Shown in pieces: positions 48,440 through 58,387 of a DNA stretch of 64,000 bases. The DNA comes from an uncultured Actinomycetes bacterium. Its GTDB lineage: Bacteria; Actinomycetota; Thermoleophilia; RBG-16-64-13. The notes below the pieces were generated by a model. The model saw nothing but the letters and a program-made list of their open reading frames with translations. It had not been told where the DNA came from and searched no databases. The DNA lies in NCBI GenBank assembly GCA_963713545.1, contig CAVQME010000003.1, positions 6,446 through 70,445 of the forward strand, read 5' to 3'. Numbering within the stretch: the stretch's first letter is position 1; every line of letters starts with the position of its first letter. Made by a program: the position numbers and the translations under genes.

Positions 48440-49200
48440 ACGATCGGGCAGCATCGAGCAGGGGCGGGCAGGATGAGACGCATCCCTCAGGCGATCTCTC
48501 AGTGGCGACGCGCATCCTCGTCATTGAGGATGACCGTCCCATCCGGAGGTTTCTGGAAGCTGCTCTAACGGACGCCGGATTCGAAGTGGTCCAGGCCGAG
48601 ACGGGCCGGATGGGGATCACCCACATCCTCACGCGGCTACCTGATCTCATCCTCCTCGATCTTGGACTCCCCGACATGGACGGGATGGAGATCATCTCTC
48701 GGGTGCGTGAATGGTCGCAGGTCCCGATCATCATCGTTTCGGCCCGGGGTAGGGAAGACGAAAAAGTGCAGGCCCTCAACGCCGGGGCGGACGACTATCT
48801 GACCAAGCCATTCGGGGTGTCCGAATTGCTGGCCCGCATCCGGGTGGCCCTTCGCCATGCGGCAGTCATCAGAGCGGGCGGACAGGACGCTGTGTCACGC
48901 TTCGAGGTTGGTGATCTGGTGGTCGACATGGCAAACCGACGGGTGTTCGTGCGCGAGGTCGAGATCCACCTCACCCCGCTCGAGTACAAGCTGCTGACCA
49001 CCCTGGTCAAGAACGCAGGCAAAGTCCTCACTCACCGGTATCTCCTGGAGCAGGTCTGGGGCCCGGGGTATCTGGAGCAGACGCATTACCCTCGTATCTT
49101 CGTGGCCAGCTTGCGGCGCAAGCTGGAAGACGACCCGGCCGAGCCGCGCTATCTGCTGACAGAGCAGGGGGTGGGGTATCGTCTGGTGGAAGAATTCTAG
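48436..49200 (+). CDS. kdpE: Response regulator KdpE
   Basis: LDLGLPDMDG, GADDYLTKPF, LRRKLEDDP, GVGYR. Confidence 0.95.
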   Translation: MNDRAASSRGGQDETHPSGDLSVATRILVIEDDRPIRRFLEAALTDAGFEVVQAETGRMGITHILTRLPDLILLDLGLPDMDGMEIISRVREWSQVPIIIVSARGREDEKVQALNAGADDYLTKPFGVSELLARIRVALRHAAVIRAGGQDAVSRFEVGDLVVDMANRRVFVREVEIHLTPLEYKLLTTLVKNAGKVLTHRYLLEQVWGPGYLEQTHYPRIFVASLRRKLEDDPAEPRYLLTEQGVGYRLVEEF

Positions 49201-49237
49201 CCTGGGGCAACCACGCAACCGGCGAGATCGGGCGCCC

Positions 49238-50476
49238 TCAGCAGCCCGCCTCAAGGTTATCCAGCAGACGGACGGCGAACACTAGGAACGCTCCGGCGAT
49301 CACCGCTACTCCCGTGATGATTATGCCCAGGCTGAATGTATAGGCTTCCCCCATGTAGCCCAGAGCGACCGGGAGCAGGCCACCACCTAGGAGGAACGCC
49401 GAGGGCGGGACCAGACCGGCGACTAGATTGCGCAGGTTGGGTTGGACGATCCTCGAGAGAGCCGCTAATGCCGGCGGGAAGAAGCAGCCTGAGAGGGCGG
49501 AAAGAAGGAACAAGCTCGCCACCACCCAGCCGGAGGACGTGCTCCCGACGGCGATGATGGCCAGGCCCGTGGCGATCATGAACAGCAATATACTGCGCTT
49601 CTCCCCGATCCTGTCGGTCAGCCAGCCTGCGAAGAAGGTAGTGAACAGCGGAGGGATCATGGCGAGGCCGAGGAGCGTATTGGCAGAAGCGGTGGTGAAG
49701 CCTTGTTCCTCCGTGAGATAGAGCGGCATCATGGTGTAAAGACCCGCCTGAGCGCCGATCCCCAGAGCGAACAGTGCGACCATGATCCAGAACGACCGCA
49801 GGCGGATGATCCCCCCGAAGAGCCGAAGGTTGGGAGGAGTGCCGGGGAAGCCTCCGCAATCTCCCCAGAACAAGAAGGCGATACCCGCAGCAGCGGCGAA
49901 CGCCCCCAGGATCGCCAACGATGCCTGCCATGAGAACGCGGCCAGCAGCCCCACTGCCAGGAAGGGCGCGACCGCATAGCTCAGCCGGGGGCCGAGTTGC
50001 TGCACCGAAAGGGCTTTGCCCCAGTCTTCGCGTCTGACCATGGCTGCCACGGTCGCTGTCACCGAGGGCTGGTTGAGACCGGCGCATACCCCGAGCACGA
50101 TCATGGCGATCCGGACGAACCACAACGAATGGGCGAAGTAGCAGATCATCAGTGTCGCCCCAGTGACCAAGGCAGCCAAGATCAGCGTGCCTCGGTGCTT
50201 GAGCCGGGCCGAAACGAATCCAGAGAACAGCGAGCCGCCAAAAACCCCGATGGACGCGACGAGGAAGAGCGAGCCGGCCTGACCTGGGCTCAGACCAACG
50301 TCCTCCCCGATGCTCGGCATCAGAGGCGAGAAGATGAACCGGCTGATGAAGGTAAAGAAGAATAGCAAGGTGACGAAGAGCACCTTGCCGTAGACGTCCT
50401 CGAAGCGTCGGGGTATGGGGCAGAACTTGTCCAGGACTCGCCTCCCACCAGGACGGTACGCTGCCGGTCCGCTCAC
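49238..50476 (-). CDS. MFS transporter
   Basis: 12 hydrophobic segments; G.LTDRIG motif. Confidence 0.88.
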   Translation of the reverse strand: MSGPAAYRPGGRRVLDKFCPIPRRFEDVYGKVLFVTLLFFFTFISRFIFSPLMPSIGEDVGLSPGQAGSLFLVASIGVFGGSLFSGFVSARLKHRGTLILAALVTGATLMICYFAHSLWFVRIAMIVLGVCAGLNQPSVTATVAAMVRREDWGKALSVQQLGPRLSYAVAPFLAVGLLAAFSWQASLAILGAFAAAAGIAFLFWGDCGGFPGTPPNLRLFGGIIRLRSFWIMVALFALGIGAQAGLYTMMPLYLTEEQGFTTASANTLLGLAMIPPLFTTFFAGWLTDRIGEKRSILLFMIATGLAIIAVGSTSSGWVVASLFLLSALSGCFFPPALAALSRIVQPNLRNLVAGLVPPSAFLLGGGLLPVALGYMGEAYTFSLGIIITGVAVIAGAFLVFAVRLLDNLEAGC

Positions 50477-50742
50477 CTGCCGGTCCGCTCACCCGAGCGC
50501 GGCCTTGCCGACGTGGCGGCTCGGCGTCGTGTCGATCGCGAGCAGGATAGCACCCTGCACCCTCCTGCCAAATGTTCCTGAGGTTGGTCCCCGAGAGCCG
50601 AGTGTTGCCCTAGCCGTGAATGAGCGAGGTCAGTTCTGGGAACCAGCCCTATTTGAAAGACATCTGACCGGCTCGGTCCGTATGCTGTCTGTGCCTGTAG
50701 GCGCCTGCGCAAGGGACGGGGGAGAAAGGACACGCGGGAACC

Positions 50743-51804
50743 ATGGCAAAACCCGCCCGCCTGCTACTGCTTGCCGCTCTCACGACGGTGGTGTTGCTCC
50801 TTTCAGCGTCGGCGGCGTTCGCCCACGTACCGCAGCTTCCAGGGAGGGGCTCTACTCTCGAGACTGCGACCGTCGTCGACGACCCGGTCACTTCCTGGGT
50901 GTACTACGGCGCGACCGAAACCCCCGGAGAAGTCTGGTACTACCGGCTGGATCTGCACGCCGGAGATCGTCTGTACCTGCAACTTCTCACACCCGGACCT
51001 GACGGCTTCTGTCCGAGCTTCGCGGTGATGGGTCCCGGGCTGACGCCCGAAGGTCAGCCACCCGGTTTCGTGGAGATGCCCGCAGGGGTCTCCGGAGATG
51101 ACATGTCCACCGTCGTCAAGGAGGGCGATCTGGGCGAAGCGGAGTACGAACCGTTCACGCCCGGCGCCTACTACTACCCGGTAGAGATGGATATGCCTGC
51201 GCCACAGGACGGCGCCTACTACGTCGCCGTGTACGACGAGGAACTGGCGGGACCCTTCGGCCTGGCGGTCGGGTATGAGGAAACATGGACTCTGCCCGGT
51301 TGGATCCGCCTTCCCGCTGACCTGATCTCGATCTATGCCTGGGACCGAGGATGGGCGGTCGCTCTGGCTCCCGGCATCGCGGTTCTGGTGATAGGGGCGG
51401 GGCTGATCCTGCGGAGGCCACGTGCAGGAACGCGCGCGTCGCGGAACAAGCGTAGCTTGTCTGGCTGGTTGGCCCTGGCGGCCGGTCTCTTCTGTCTGAC
51501 CACATCCGGGATCGTTATCACGCAGATGCTGCTTGCGGCCGTTCGGAGCGGTTTCGACCCGATGATGGCGCTGACCGGCTTCTTCATCGCTGCCCCGGCG
51601 GTCGTCGGGGCGCTCCTCATATGGCTGGGATGGCGTGCTCATAGTGTCCCGACGGTCGGCACGAGGATCCTGCTGCTGATCCTTGGTCTCGCCGGCCTGG
51701 CCTTCTGGGCAGGCTACTTCGTCGGCCCGGGCCTGGCCATCGCCGCGGCCGCCGCTCCGCCTTACACTAGGGAGGAGCTCAAGGGGAGCAGCGCGAGCCC
51801 CTGA
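50743..51804 (+). CDS. Exported-domain membrane protein, hypothetical
   Basis: Signal peptide (AFA|HVP), YEPFT motif, C-terminal TM helices. Confidence 0.75.
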   Translation: MAKPARLLLLAALTTVVLLLSASAAFAHVPQLPGRGSTLETATVVDDPVTSWVYYGATETPGEVWYYRLDLHAGDRLYLQLLTPGPDGFCPSFAVMGPGLTPEGQPPGFVEMPAGVSGDDMSTVVKEGDLGEAEYEPFTPGAYYYPVEMDMPAPQDGAYYVAVYDEELAGPFGLAVGYEETWTLPGWIRLPADLISIYAWDRGWAVALAPGIAVLVIGAGLILRRPRAGTRASRNKRSLSGWLALAAGLFCLTTSGIVITQMLLAAVRSGFDPMMALTGFFIAAPAVVGALLIWLGWRAHSVPTVGTRILLLILGLAGLAFWAGYFVGPGLAIAAAAAPPYTREELKGSSASP

Positions 51805-51813
51805 GTCTCAAGA

Positions 51814-51850
51814 GGCGGGGCGGCCCGTGGGCTCCACGGGCCGCCCCGCC
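51814..51850. terminator. 17-bp hairpin between convergent genes
   Basis: GGCGGGGCGGCCCGTGG-gct-CCACGGGCCGCCCCGCC. Confidence 0.65.
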
Positions 51851-51912
51851 GACCGTGTTGTGCCGCTCGCGCGCTCGAAGCCTCTGGGCGCGCGACGCCA
51901 CGCACTGCCGAC

Positions 51913-52284
51913 CTAGACCGTCTGGAACGTCTTGCTCACGATCGTCCAGTCGCCGCCTGTTTTCAGCAGCTGGAAGTAGTTGACGAAGCTCGCCTGTCCG
52001 AAAAACCCGGACTCTTCCACCCTGGCGCTCGCCACTCTGCCGGCCACGTGGATGTCAGCGATATCGGCCTTGTAGGGCGCGCCGGTCTTCGCCATCGATG
52101 GACGGCTGCCGATGTCGGCAAAGAACGACTCCGGGCTCCCTACGATCAGTTCATCGCCCAGATAGCCCGCCATGCGGGCCTCCGGGTGGAACGTGCTTCT
52201 GAGACCTTCCACGTCGGCCCGGTACGTAGCGTCACAGTATCGTTCCAGGACCGCCCTTACGGCCGCCGCATCTTTTTCATCCAA
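51913..52284 (-). CDS. NTF2-like (lumazine-binding) family protein
   Basis: Y..A....D...L...FHP.A, W.IVSK. Confidence 0.8.
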   Translation of the reverse strand: MDEKDAAAVRAVLERYCDATYRADVEGLRSTFHPEARMAGYLGDELIVGSPESFFADIGSRPSMAKTGAPYKADIADIHVAGRVASARVEESGFFGQASFVNYFQLLKTGGDWTIVSKTFQTV

Positions 52285-52351
52285 GACGAGCCCCCTTTGT
52301 TCGTCCTCAGATCAGTGCGATCTGGTCGCGGTCCGCATCGTCGCCCGCGAC

Positions 52352-53791
52352 CTACGCTGTCTCGTCGGTCTGGGCGGCATCTTCCTCGACCGCTTCGAGC
52401 ATGATCCATTTCTTACCCCGTCTGGGGTAGAGATACGCGTAGTAGTAGATGAGAGCGCCCACCGCCGCGCCTACGACGATCACCAGGTCTTTCCACTGCG
52501 ACTGGGTCAGCTTGACCAGCATGTAGATGACCCCGATCAAGGCGATGCACGGCCAGACCGGCCACAGAGGCATCTTGTAGTGCGCGGGCAGATCCTTGAA
52601 CCGCAGCCGCACCGCGATGGCCGACCCGGCGATCAGGATGTAGGTGAAGGCAAGAACCACTCCGGTGAAGGTGATCACGTACGTCTTGGTGGTCGTGGCG
52701 CACAATATGGCCCCTACCACGGCCATGACGATCGCGGCCACCCAGGGAGACTTGAACCGTGGATGTACTTTGGCAAGCCAGGCGCTGACGGGTTCGGGCC
52801 AGACCTTGTCTCGCCCGGAGCCGAAGACGATGCGGCTCATCAATACGACTATGGCCAGGCAGGAGTTGAAGATGGCCACGAACACCAGCAGGCTGATCAC
52901 GGTATTGACCGTCTCGTTGCCCAGGGTCGTCAGTATGTACTGCATGGGCGACGGGGCTGCCATGAACTCCGACAGCGACGGCGCTCCGACTATCGCGGCC
53001 GTGATCGGTATCAACTCGACCAGGACAGTTATCAGGAGGGTCCACAAGATCGCCCGGGCGATGTTCCTCCGGGCGCCCTTTGTCTCTTCCGAGAACACGA
53101 TCGCGCCACCGTATCCGTTGTAGGCGAAGATGGCGAATACCACGGCGCTCATGATCATGCCGAAGGTCACCGCCATCTCCGCGCCCGCCTCGTCGAAGAT
53201 CACGGGATCGAGGAGCACCATGCCGGACTGATGTACCTGGGCGAAGCCAAGGACGGTTATCGCGCCGACGGCGATGAGCTCGATGCCCAGCAGAATGCCC
53301 TGGATGATCGCGTTGGTCTTGATCTGCAGGACCGCAAGTCCGCCGACCGCCAGCATGATGATCGCAGCGATCAGCTTCTGCCACATCGGATCCGCCGCCT
53401 GCTCCCAGATCACCGACAGGTACTGGCTCGCCCCGAGGGCGATGGAGCTCGGGATGACTATGACCGATATGAGCATCAGCACCAGGGACACGAACCCAAG
53501 TGGGCGTCCCAGACAGCGTGACACAAGGGCCCACTCCCCTCCGGTCACCGGGAAGGCGGTGCCCGCTTCGGCGTAAGAGAACGCCATCCCCACGCCGATC
53601 ACCCCGGCGATTATGAAGGCCCAAAACGCGCCTGTCCCCGCGAAAAGGAAGGCTATGGGTGCGATGATGAAGACCGATGCGGTCGGAGCAACGCCCGATA
53701 TGGTCATCATGACGTTGCCGACAACGTGGAGTCCTCGGTCGAGTTCCTGCTTGTAGTGCTTTGCGCGTGGCTGCTGTCTATCTTGTTCCAC
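52352..53791 (-). CDS. APC family amino acid/polyamine permease
   Basis: SGVAPTASVF, YAE.G..FP..GG, FAYNGYG...SEE, VHPRFKSPW. Confidence 0.92.
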   Translation of the reverse strand: MEQDRQQPRAKHYKQELDRGLHVVGNVMMTISGVAPTASVFIIAPIAFLFAGTGAFWAFIIAGVIGVGMAFSYAEAGTAFPVTGGEWALVSRCLGRPLGFVSLVLMLISVIVIPSSIALGASQYLSVIWEQAADPMWQKLIAAIIMLAVGGLAVLQIKTNAIIQGILLGIELIAVGAITVLGFAQVHQSGMVLLDPVIFDEAGAEMAVTFGMIMSAVVFAIFAYNGYGGAIVFSEETKGARRNIARAILWTLLITVLVELIPITAAIVGAPSLSEFMAAPSPMQYILTTLGNETVNTVISLLVFVAIFNSCLAIVVLMSRIVFGSGRDKVWPEPVSAWLAKVHPRFKSPWVAAIVMAVVGAILCATTTKTYVITFTGVVLAFTYILIAGSAIAVRLRFKDLPAHYKMPLWPVWPCIALIGVIYMLVKLTQSQWKDLVIVVGAAVGALIYYYAYLYPRRGKKWIMLEAVEEDAAQTDETA

Positions 53792-53911
53792 TCTTCAGGA
53801 CCTCCCCCGGGTTCGAACGTGTGCAAGCCATCGACCTAGCCCTACTACTCATAGACATCCCCAGCCCTTCCTGTCAGATTCCTCTTCCTAGACTTGCGGC
53901 CTGGCAAAGGA

Positions 53912-55102
53912 TTAGGCCAGAAGGATCCTGTGCTCGGATATGAGCTCGCAAACACGGCCGTGAGGAAGGGCCGGGACCCGATGGTCGTCCTGGCCGATCA
54001 TGTCTTCGTTCGCCACGAGCACGTTGAGCACCGCCTCCTCCACGGCGAAAACGACCGCCGCGAACAGGGGGTCGCACTCTCCCCACGGGATCCACGACTG
54101 CGATTCGCGCGCCTCCGGACGCCCCAGGATGGTTGCGGCGCCGGTGGTCACCGAACCCGGGTTGCCGGTGGAGAAGGCGAGGAAGATGTCGCCCGAGAAG
54201 TGAGAGCTGGTGGTGCCGGTGCGGGCCAGCCCCATGGGTACTCGCCGGGCGAGGGCTTTGCACTGGCCGGGAAGCAGCGGGGCATCGGTCGCCACTATGG
54301 TGATGCAGGAGCCGGTCCCCGGCGGCACGAGCCAGGAAGAGTCCTCCATGGGGTCATGCTCCCTTATGTGCACGCCGACAGGTACTCCCGCGATGGTGAG
54401 CTCGGGTCGCCAGCCGAAGTTGGCCTGCATGAAGACGCCCACGGTGTACGTGGTGCCGCCGAACTCCACCAGGCGTGATGCGGTTCCCGATCCCCCCTTG
54501 AATCCGTAGCAGATCATGCCGGTCCCGCCTCCCACCGAGCCCTCATCTATGGGGCCACTCCGTGCGCCATCGAGGGCCGCGTACGCATGGTCGCTCGTAA
54601 CGTGCTGGCCGTTGGTGTCGTTGAGGTAGCCGTCCCACGTCTCGGCCACCACCGGCAGCGTCCACAGCTTGGCGAGACTGGGGTGACGGGCGGCCAGCCA
54701 GCGGTCGGCTCCCGTGTGAGCGGCGCCCACCGAATGCGTGTTGGTGATGAGTACGGGGGTGGAGAGAAAACCAGTCTCCTCGATCAGGGTGGTGCCGGTC
54801 ATCTCCCCGTTGCCGTTGAACGAGAACCAGCCGGCCTGCACCGGGTCGGCCGTCCCGGCTCGTCCTCTTGGGTGGATCGCGGTGACTCCTGTCCTCACCG
54901 GACCCTGCCCCGGAGCCAGTGGACCTTGTCCCGAGATCAAGGTGGCGTAGCCGATTTCTACACCGGGGACATCGGTGATGGCGTTCCACGCTCCCGGAGT
55001 GCCCTGGAACGGCAGGTGGAGTCCCCGAGCCCGGAGACGGCCGGACGGGGTGTAGGCTAGCGGATCCATCGGAGGTGAGGCTGCCGCACATGGACGAGTC
55101 AT
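53912..55102 (-). CDS. dmpA: P1/S58 family peptidase (DmpA-like)
   Basis: NAITDVPGV, RTGVT, NG.GEMTG, PVVAETWDG, GGGTGM..GFKGG.GTASR, GS cleavage site before VATDAPL. Confidence 0.9.
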   Translation of the reverse strand: MTRPCAAASPPMDPLAYTPSGRLRARGLHLPFQGTPGAWNAITDVPGVEIGYATLISGQGPLAPGQGPVRTGVTAIHPRGRAGTADPVQAGWFSFNGNGEMTGTTLIEETGFLSTPVLITNTHSVGAAHTGADRWLAARHPSLAKLWTLPVVAETWDGYLNDTNGQHVTSDHAYAALDGARSGPIDEGSVGGGTGMICYGFKGGSGTASRLVEFGGTTYTVGVFMQANFGWRPELTIAGVPVGVHIREHDPMEDSSWLVPPGTGSCITIVATDAPLLPGQCKALARRVPMGLARTGTTSSHFSGDIFLAFSTGNPGSVTTGAATILGRPEARESQSWIPWGECDPLFAAVVFAVEEAVLNVLVANEDMIGQDDHRVPALPHGRVCELISEHRILLA

Positions 55103-55203
55103 CGTAGCCGCTCCTCTCGTGCTTGCGGATAGGCACGGAGCGGCTACCATGCGCGAACTCTCACGCTTGCCAGGCCCCCCGTGACCGCGTGACAGGCCAA
55201 TAG

Positions 55204-55224
55204 TTGCAGAATGCTTCCAAAGAA
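55204..55224. promoter_or_regulatory. Candidate TetR operator upstream of dmpA
   Basis: Reverse complement TTCTTTG-N10-GCAA, same pattern as 56006-56026. Confidence 0.4.
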
Positions 55225-55335
55225 TCAAGAAGGCTTTTTCGGCGCCCCAGAAGGTTCGTGACCGTATACCTGGTGCTGAGCTGCGAATGCTTCGCCGGGC
55301 TGATCCCTGTGTGGGTGGGGGCGCCCGCGGCGACT

Positions 55336-55941
55336 CTATTCGGGCAGATCCACTCCGGTGGCCAGGCGGGCGTAGGCCAGCAGCATGCGCCTGCCCTCGG
55401 TGTGGTCCATGGTCGGGTCGTTCTGGACGATACGGATCCCGCAGATGTCCTCAAGCGCTACCAGAGTCTGCGCGATTCTGGACACCTGGTCTTTGAGGTG
55501 GAACGCTCCCGTTGCCACCCCCAACTCCAGGATGTTCTGGTAGAGGAGCTCCTGCTGCTTGTACAGCGTGTTCATAAGGACAGAGAACAGCTCGCTGTCC
55601 CCAGCTAGGCGCTTGCCTTCGCATAGCAGCCGGGTCTCCATGTCGTCCGGACCCGACGCCACTCCGGAGTCGATGGTGGCCACCAGCCTCTTCACGGGAT
55701 CCTCGATGGCGTGGGCCTGGGCCATCCGCTCGGTGCAGAAGCGTTCGATGGCCTTGCGATGGGCCTCCCTGAGGAGCTCATCCACATCGCTGTAGTAGTA
55801 GCGCACCGTGTTGGGCGAGACCCCGGCCTCCAGAGCCACGTGCTCCACCCGTACGGCGCCGGCTCCGTGCTCGGCTATGGCCCGCTGGGCGGCTTCGGTG
55901 AGCTGCTCTCTTCTTGCTGTCTGGTTCTTCTTGCGTGCCAC
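55336..55941 (-). CDS. TetR family regulator (BetI-like C-terminus)
   Basis: HTH: VA.EAGVS...V.YY. Confidence 0.9.
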   Translation of the reverse strand: MARKKNQTARREQLTEAAQRAIAEHGAGAVRVEHVALEAGVSPNTVRYYYSDVDELLREAHRKAIERFCTERMAQAHAIEDPVKRLVATIDSGVASGPDDMETRLLCEGKRLAGDSELFSVLMNTLYKQQELLYQNILELGVATGAFHLKDQVSRIAQTLVALEDICGIRIVQNDPTMDHTEGRRMLLAYARLATGVDLPE

Positions 55942-56005
55942 GCTTGCTCTATCGTTCCTGGCTCCAGAGCCACCGCTCCCTTCAGCGCCCGACTTCGGAG
56001 CTCGT

Positions 56006-56026
56006 TTCTTTGCAGGCGGAGCGCAA
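56006..56026. promoter_or_regulatory. Candidate TetR operator upstream of tetR
   Basis: TTCTTTG-N10-GCAA. Confidence 0.4.
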
Positions 56027-56065
56027 GTATACAGTCGAGCCGCTTATTCCAAGCGGCTGCCTCTG

Positions 56066-56512
56066 CTAGAGGTAGTCGCCCGTGTTCAAACCTATGGCCA
56101 CATTCAGGATGGGCCTGTCGACTCGGAGGAAGTTCATCGGCCCGTGCACCAATCCCCTTGGTACGTATATCAGGCTGCTCGAGACGATCAGAAACCTCTC
56201 CGCGTCTTGCCCTTCTCCCATGAACCACTCGAGCTCGCCCCCCAGGTCGCCGGTGTCTCTGTGATCGGACCCTATGAACAACACGATCTCATCGAAGGGG
56301 TGGACATGAGCTCCCAGCAGGTCGGCCGGCTTGGGGATGTCCCATACCCACATGATGTCGAGCCAGTGACCGGCCTCCTTCAGGATCTCCTTGTCCAGGT
56401 AGACCTCGTCGGGGAACGTGATACCCGATACATCGGTGAAATCGTGATGCGCAAGTTCGGTCGTCAACTTCGGTCTGGTGATCACATACTTGCCGTACTT
56501 GCCCTCAATCAT
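56066..56512 (-). CDS. Cupin-like hypothetical protein
   Basis: HVHPFDE...G, YVPRGLVHGP metal-binding cupin motifs. Confidence 0.78.
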   Translation of the reverse strand: MIEGKYGKYVITRPKLTTELAHHDFTDVSGITFPDEVYLDKEILKEAGHWLDIMWVWDIPKPADLLGAHVHPFDEIVLFIGSDHRDTGDLGGELEWFMGEGQDAERFLIVSSSLIYVPRGLVHGPMNFLRVDRPILNVAIGLNTGDYL

Positions 56513-56665
56513 GGCCACGCCTCTCCTCGCTAGAGACTTCAAGGTACTGTCTTCGGGCGCTCACTCACCGTAGCATAAACGCCCGGGGAGTCTCTCGCCG
56601 CCCGCGTTCGGCGTGATGTACACTGCACTGTGTGCGCTTGACCGTCAGAACTCCGGGAGGGAGAG

Positions 56666-57307
56666 ATGCTCGTCCGCGACCGTATGTCCAAGAACCCCAT
56701 CACCACCTATCCCACCGCCAGCGTGCCCGATGCGCTGCAGGTGATGCGGGGAAGCAGGGTGCGCCAGCTGCCCGTGCTCACCGACAAAGGCGAGCTGGTG
56801 GGCATCGTATCGCTTGACGACTTGCTCAGAGTATCGCCGTCGCCCGCCACCTCCCTCAGCATCTACGAATTGAACTACCTGTTTGAGAAGATCAAGGTGG
56901 AAGACGTGATGACCAAAGACGTCATCACGGTCACCGAGGACATGGCCCTGGAAGAAGCCGGGCGGGTTATGGCTGACAACAAGATCAGCGGTGTGCCTGT
57001 AACGCGTGACGGGGGGCTTGTCGGCATTCTCACCGAGTCGCATCTGTTCAACGTGCTCATCGAACTGTTCGGCGCCCGAGAACCTGGTGTGCGAGTCGTC
57101 TTTACCTTCCCTGAGGTCAAAGGGACGCTCGCGAAGATAACCGGCGCGATCTCGGGCCAAGGCGGCAAGATCGTCGCCATCGGGGAGACATCCGGTCCTC
57201 CCGGCGCGAGAACGGTGACGATGAAGGTGCAGGACGTGGAGCGCGAAGCTGTGCTCGAGGCCATCAGGCCATTTGCGCTGGACATCGAGGACGTGCGCGA
57301 ATCGTAG
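56666..57307 (+). CDS. CBS-pair + ACT domain protein (AcuB-like)
   Basis: VRDRMSKNP, LPV...LVGIV, SPSPATSLSIYE, C-terminal ACT domain. Confidence 0.9.
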   Translation: MLVRDRMSKNPITTYPTASVPDALQVMRGSRVRQLPVLTDKGELVGIVSLDDLLRVSPSPATSLSIYELNYLFEKIKVEDVMTKDVITVTEDMALEEAGRVMADNKISGVPVTRDGGLVGILTESHLFNVLIELFGAREPGVRVVFTFPEVKGTLAKITGAISGQGGKIVAIGETSGPPGARTVTMKVQDVEREAVLEAIRPFALDIEDVRES

Positions 57308-57324
57308 GATCGCAGGTAGTCCAT

Positions 57325-58215
57325 CTGGACGAAGCCATACTTCAACGGGCCCGGGATTGGGGCGCTTCGCTCGCGGGATTTGTCGCGGTCTCGGATCTGG
57401 GATCCGCGCCATCGTTCGTTCTGGCCCCGAGGCTGGGCGAGACGGGCGGCGGGATGGGCGCTCGTCGGAGCACACCTGGACTGGAACCGGGTGAAGTCGC
57501 TTGGCCTGAGGGCGTTCGCAGCCTGCTTGTGATCGCTCTCGAACACCCTGCGAATCAGCCGGAGATGGACTGGTGGTTCGGCCGCTCCGACCCCTCCGGC
57601 AACAGGATCCTCGCAGACATCGTGCAGCGTCTTTGCGACTGGGTCCCAGAGGCCTTCGGTATTCAGACCTTCCATCTGCCTTATCACGTGGAGCGGGGCG
57701 GGGTGTACCTCAAGGATGCGGCGGTCGTCGCCGGCCTGGGATGCATCGGCCGCAACAACCTGTTGATCACTCGCGAGTACGGTCCTCGGGTCAGGCTACG
57801 GGCGCTTACCCTGGGCGCTGATCTGCCCTCGAGCGGGGCTGTGGACCAGGCCGGAGTGGGGGCCCCCGACGACCCGGTGCGATTCGATCCCTGTTCAAGC
57901 TGCGATGCTCCCTGCCTTCGGGCCTGTCCACAGGGCGCGTTCGCCGACCTTATCTCTGATCCGCTGGCCCTGGGACTGGAAGAGCTGCGGGGACGACTGC
58001 CCGGCAAGACCGGCCACTTCTCCCGTGCGGCCTGCACCATCCAGATGGAGGCGGATATCGCGGATGCCGCCGAGTGGCCGATTGCTCAGGCTCCGGCTGC
58101 GGGCTTCGGCCGGCCGTCCGCTTCCGCTGCCGACGTGGTGAAGGTCATCAGATACTGCCGCGCCTGCGAGCTGAGCTGTCCGGTCGGGTCGCCTGGGAGC
58201 CTTGACCAGTGCTGA
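57325..58215 (+). CDS. Epoxyqueuosine reductase (QueG)/RdhA-like cobalamin Fe-S protein; probable CTG start
   Basis: LKDAAVVAGLG.IGRNNLLIT.EYGPRVRL, CSSC..PC...CP, CRACELSCP. Family-like N-terminus (AILQRARDWGASLAG) lies in frame upstream of the first ATG (57454). Confidence 0.8.
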   Translation: MDEAILQRARDWGASLAGFVAVSDLGSAPSFVLAPRLGETGGGMGARRSTPGLEPGEVAWPEGVRSLLVIALEHPANQPEMDWWFGRSDPSGNRILADIVQRLCDWVPEAFGIQTFHLPYHVERGGVYLKDAAVVAGLGCIGRNNLLITREYGPRVRLRALTLGADLPSSGAVDQAGVGAPDDPVRFDPCSSCDAPCLRACPQGAFADLISDPLALGLEELRGRLPGKTGHFSRAACTIQMEADIADAAEWPIAQAPAAGFGRPSASAADVVKVIRYCRACELSCPVGSPGSLDQC

Positions 58216-58387
58216 TCTGGATGCCATTCGAGTCGCGCAGACGGCGGGGCAGTTGCGGGCGAAGTAGCGAAACCAGCGGGTCCGCGATCTCGTCTGATAG
58301 ACGCATCGTATTCAGTCCGTGGCCACGTGCGACACGGACGTTGGAGTGGCGATCTGAGTCGAGCCGAAGGATCAGAAGGGAATCGTT

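Noticed and set aside
14616-51850. REP/MITE family among intergenic GC hairpins
   Set aside because: Hairpins share no sequence and sit after gene ends, consistent with independent terminators
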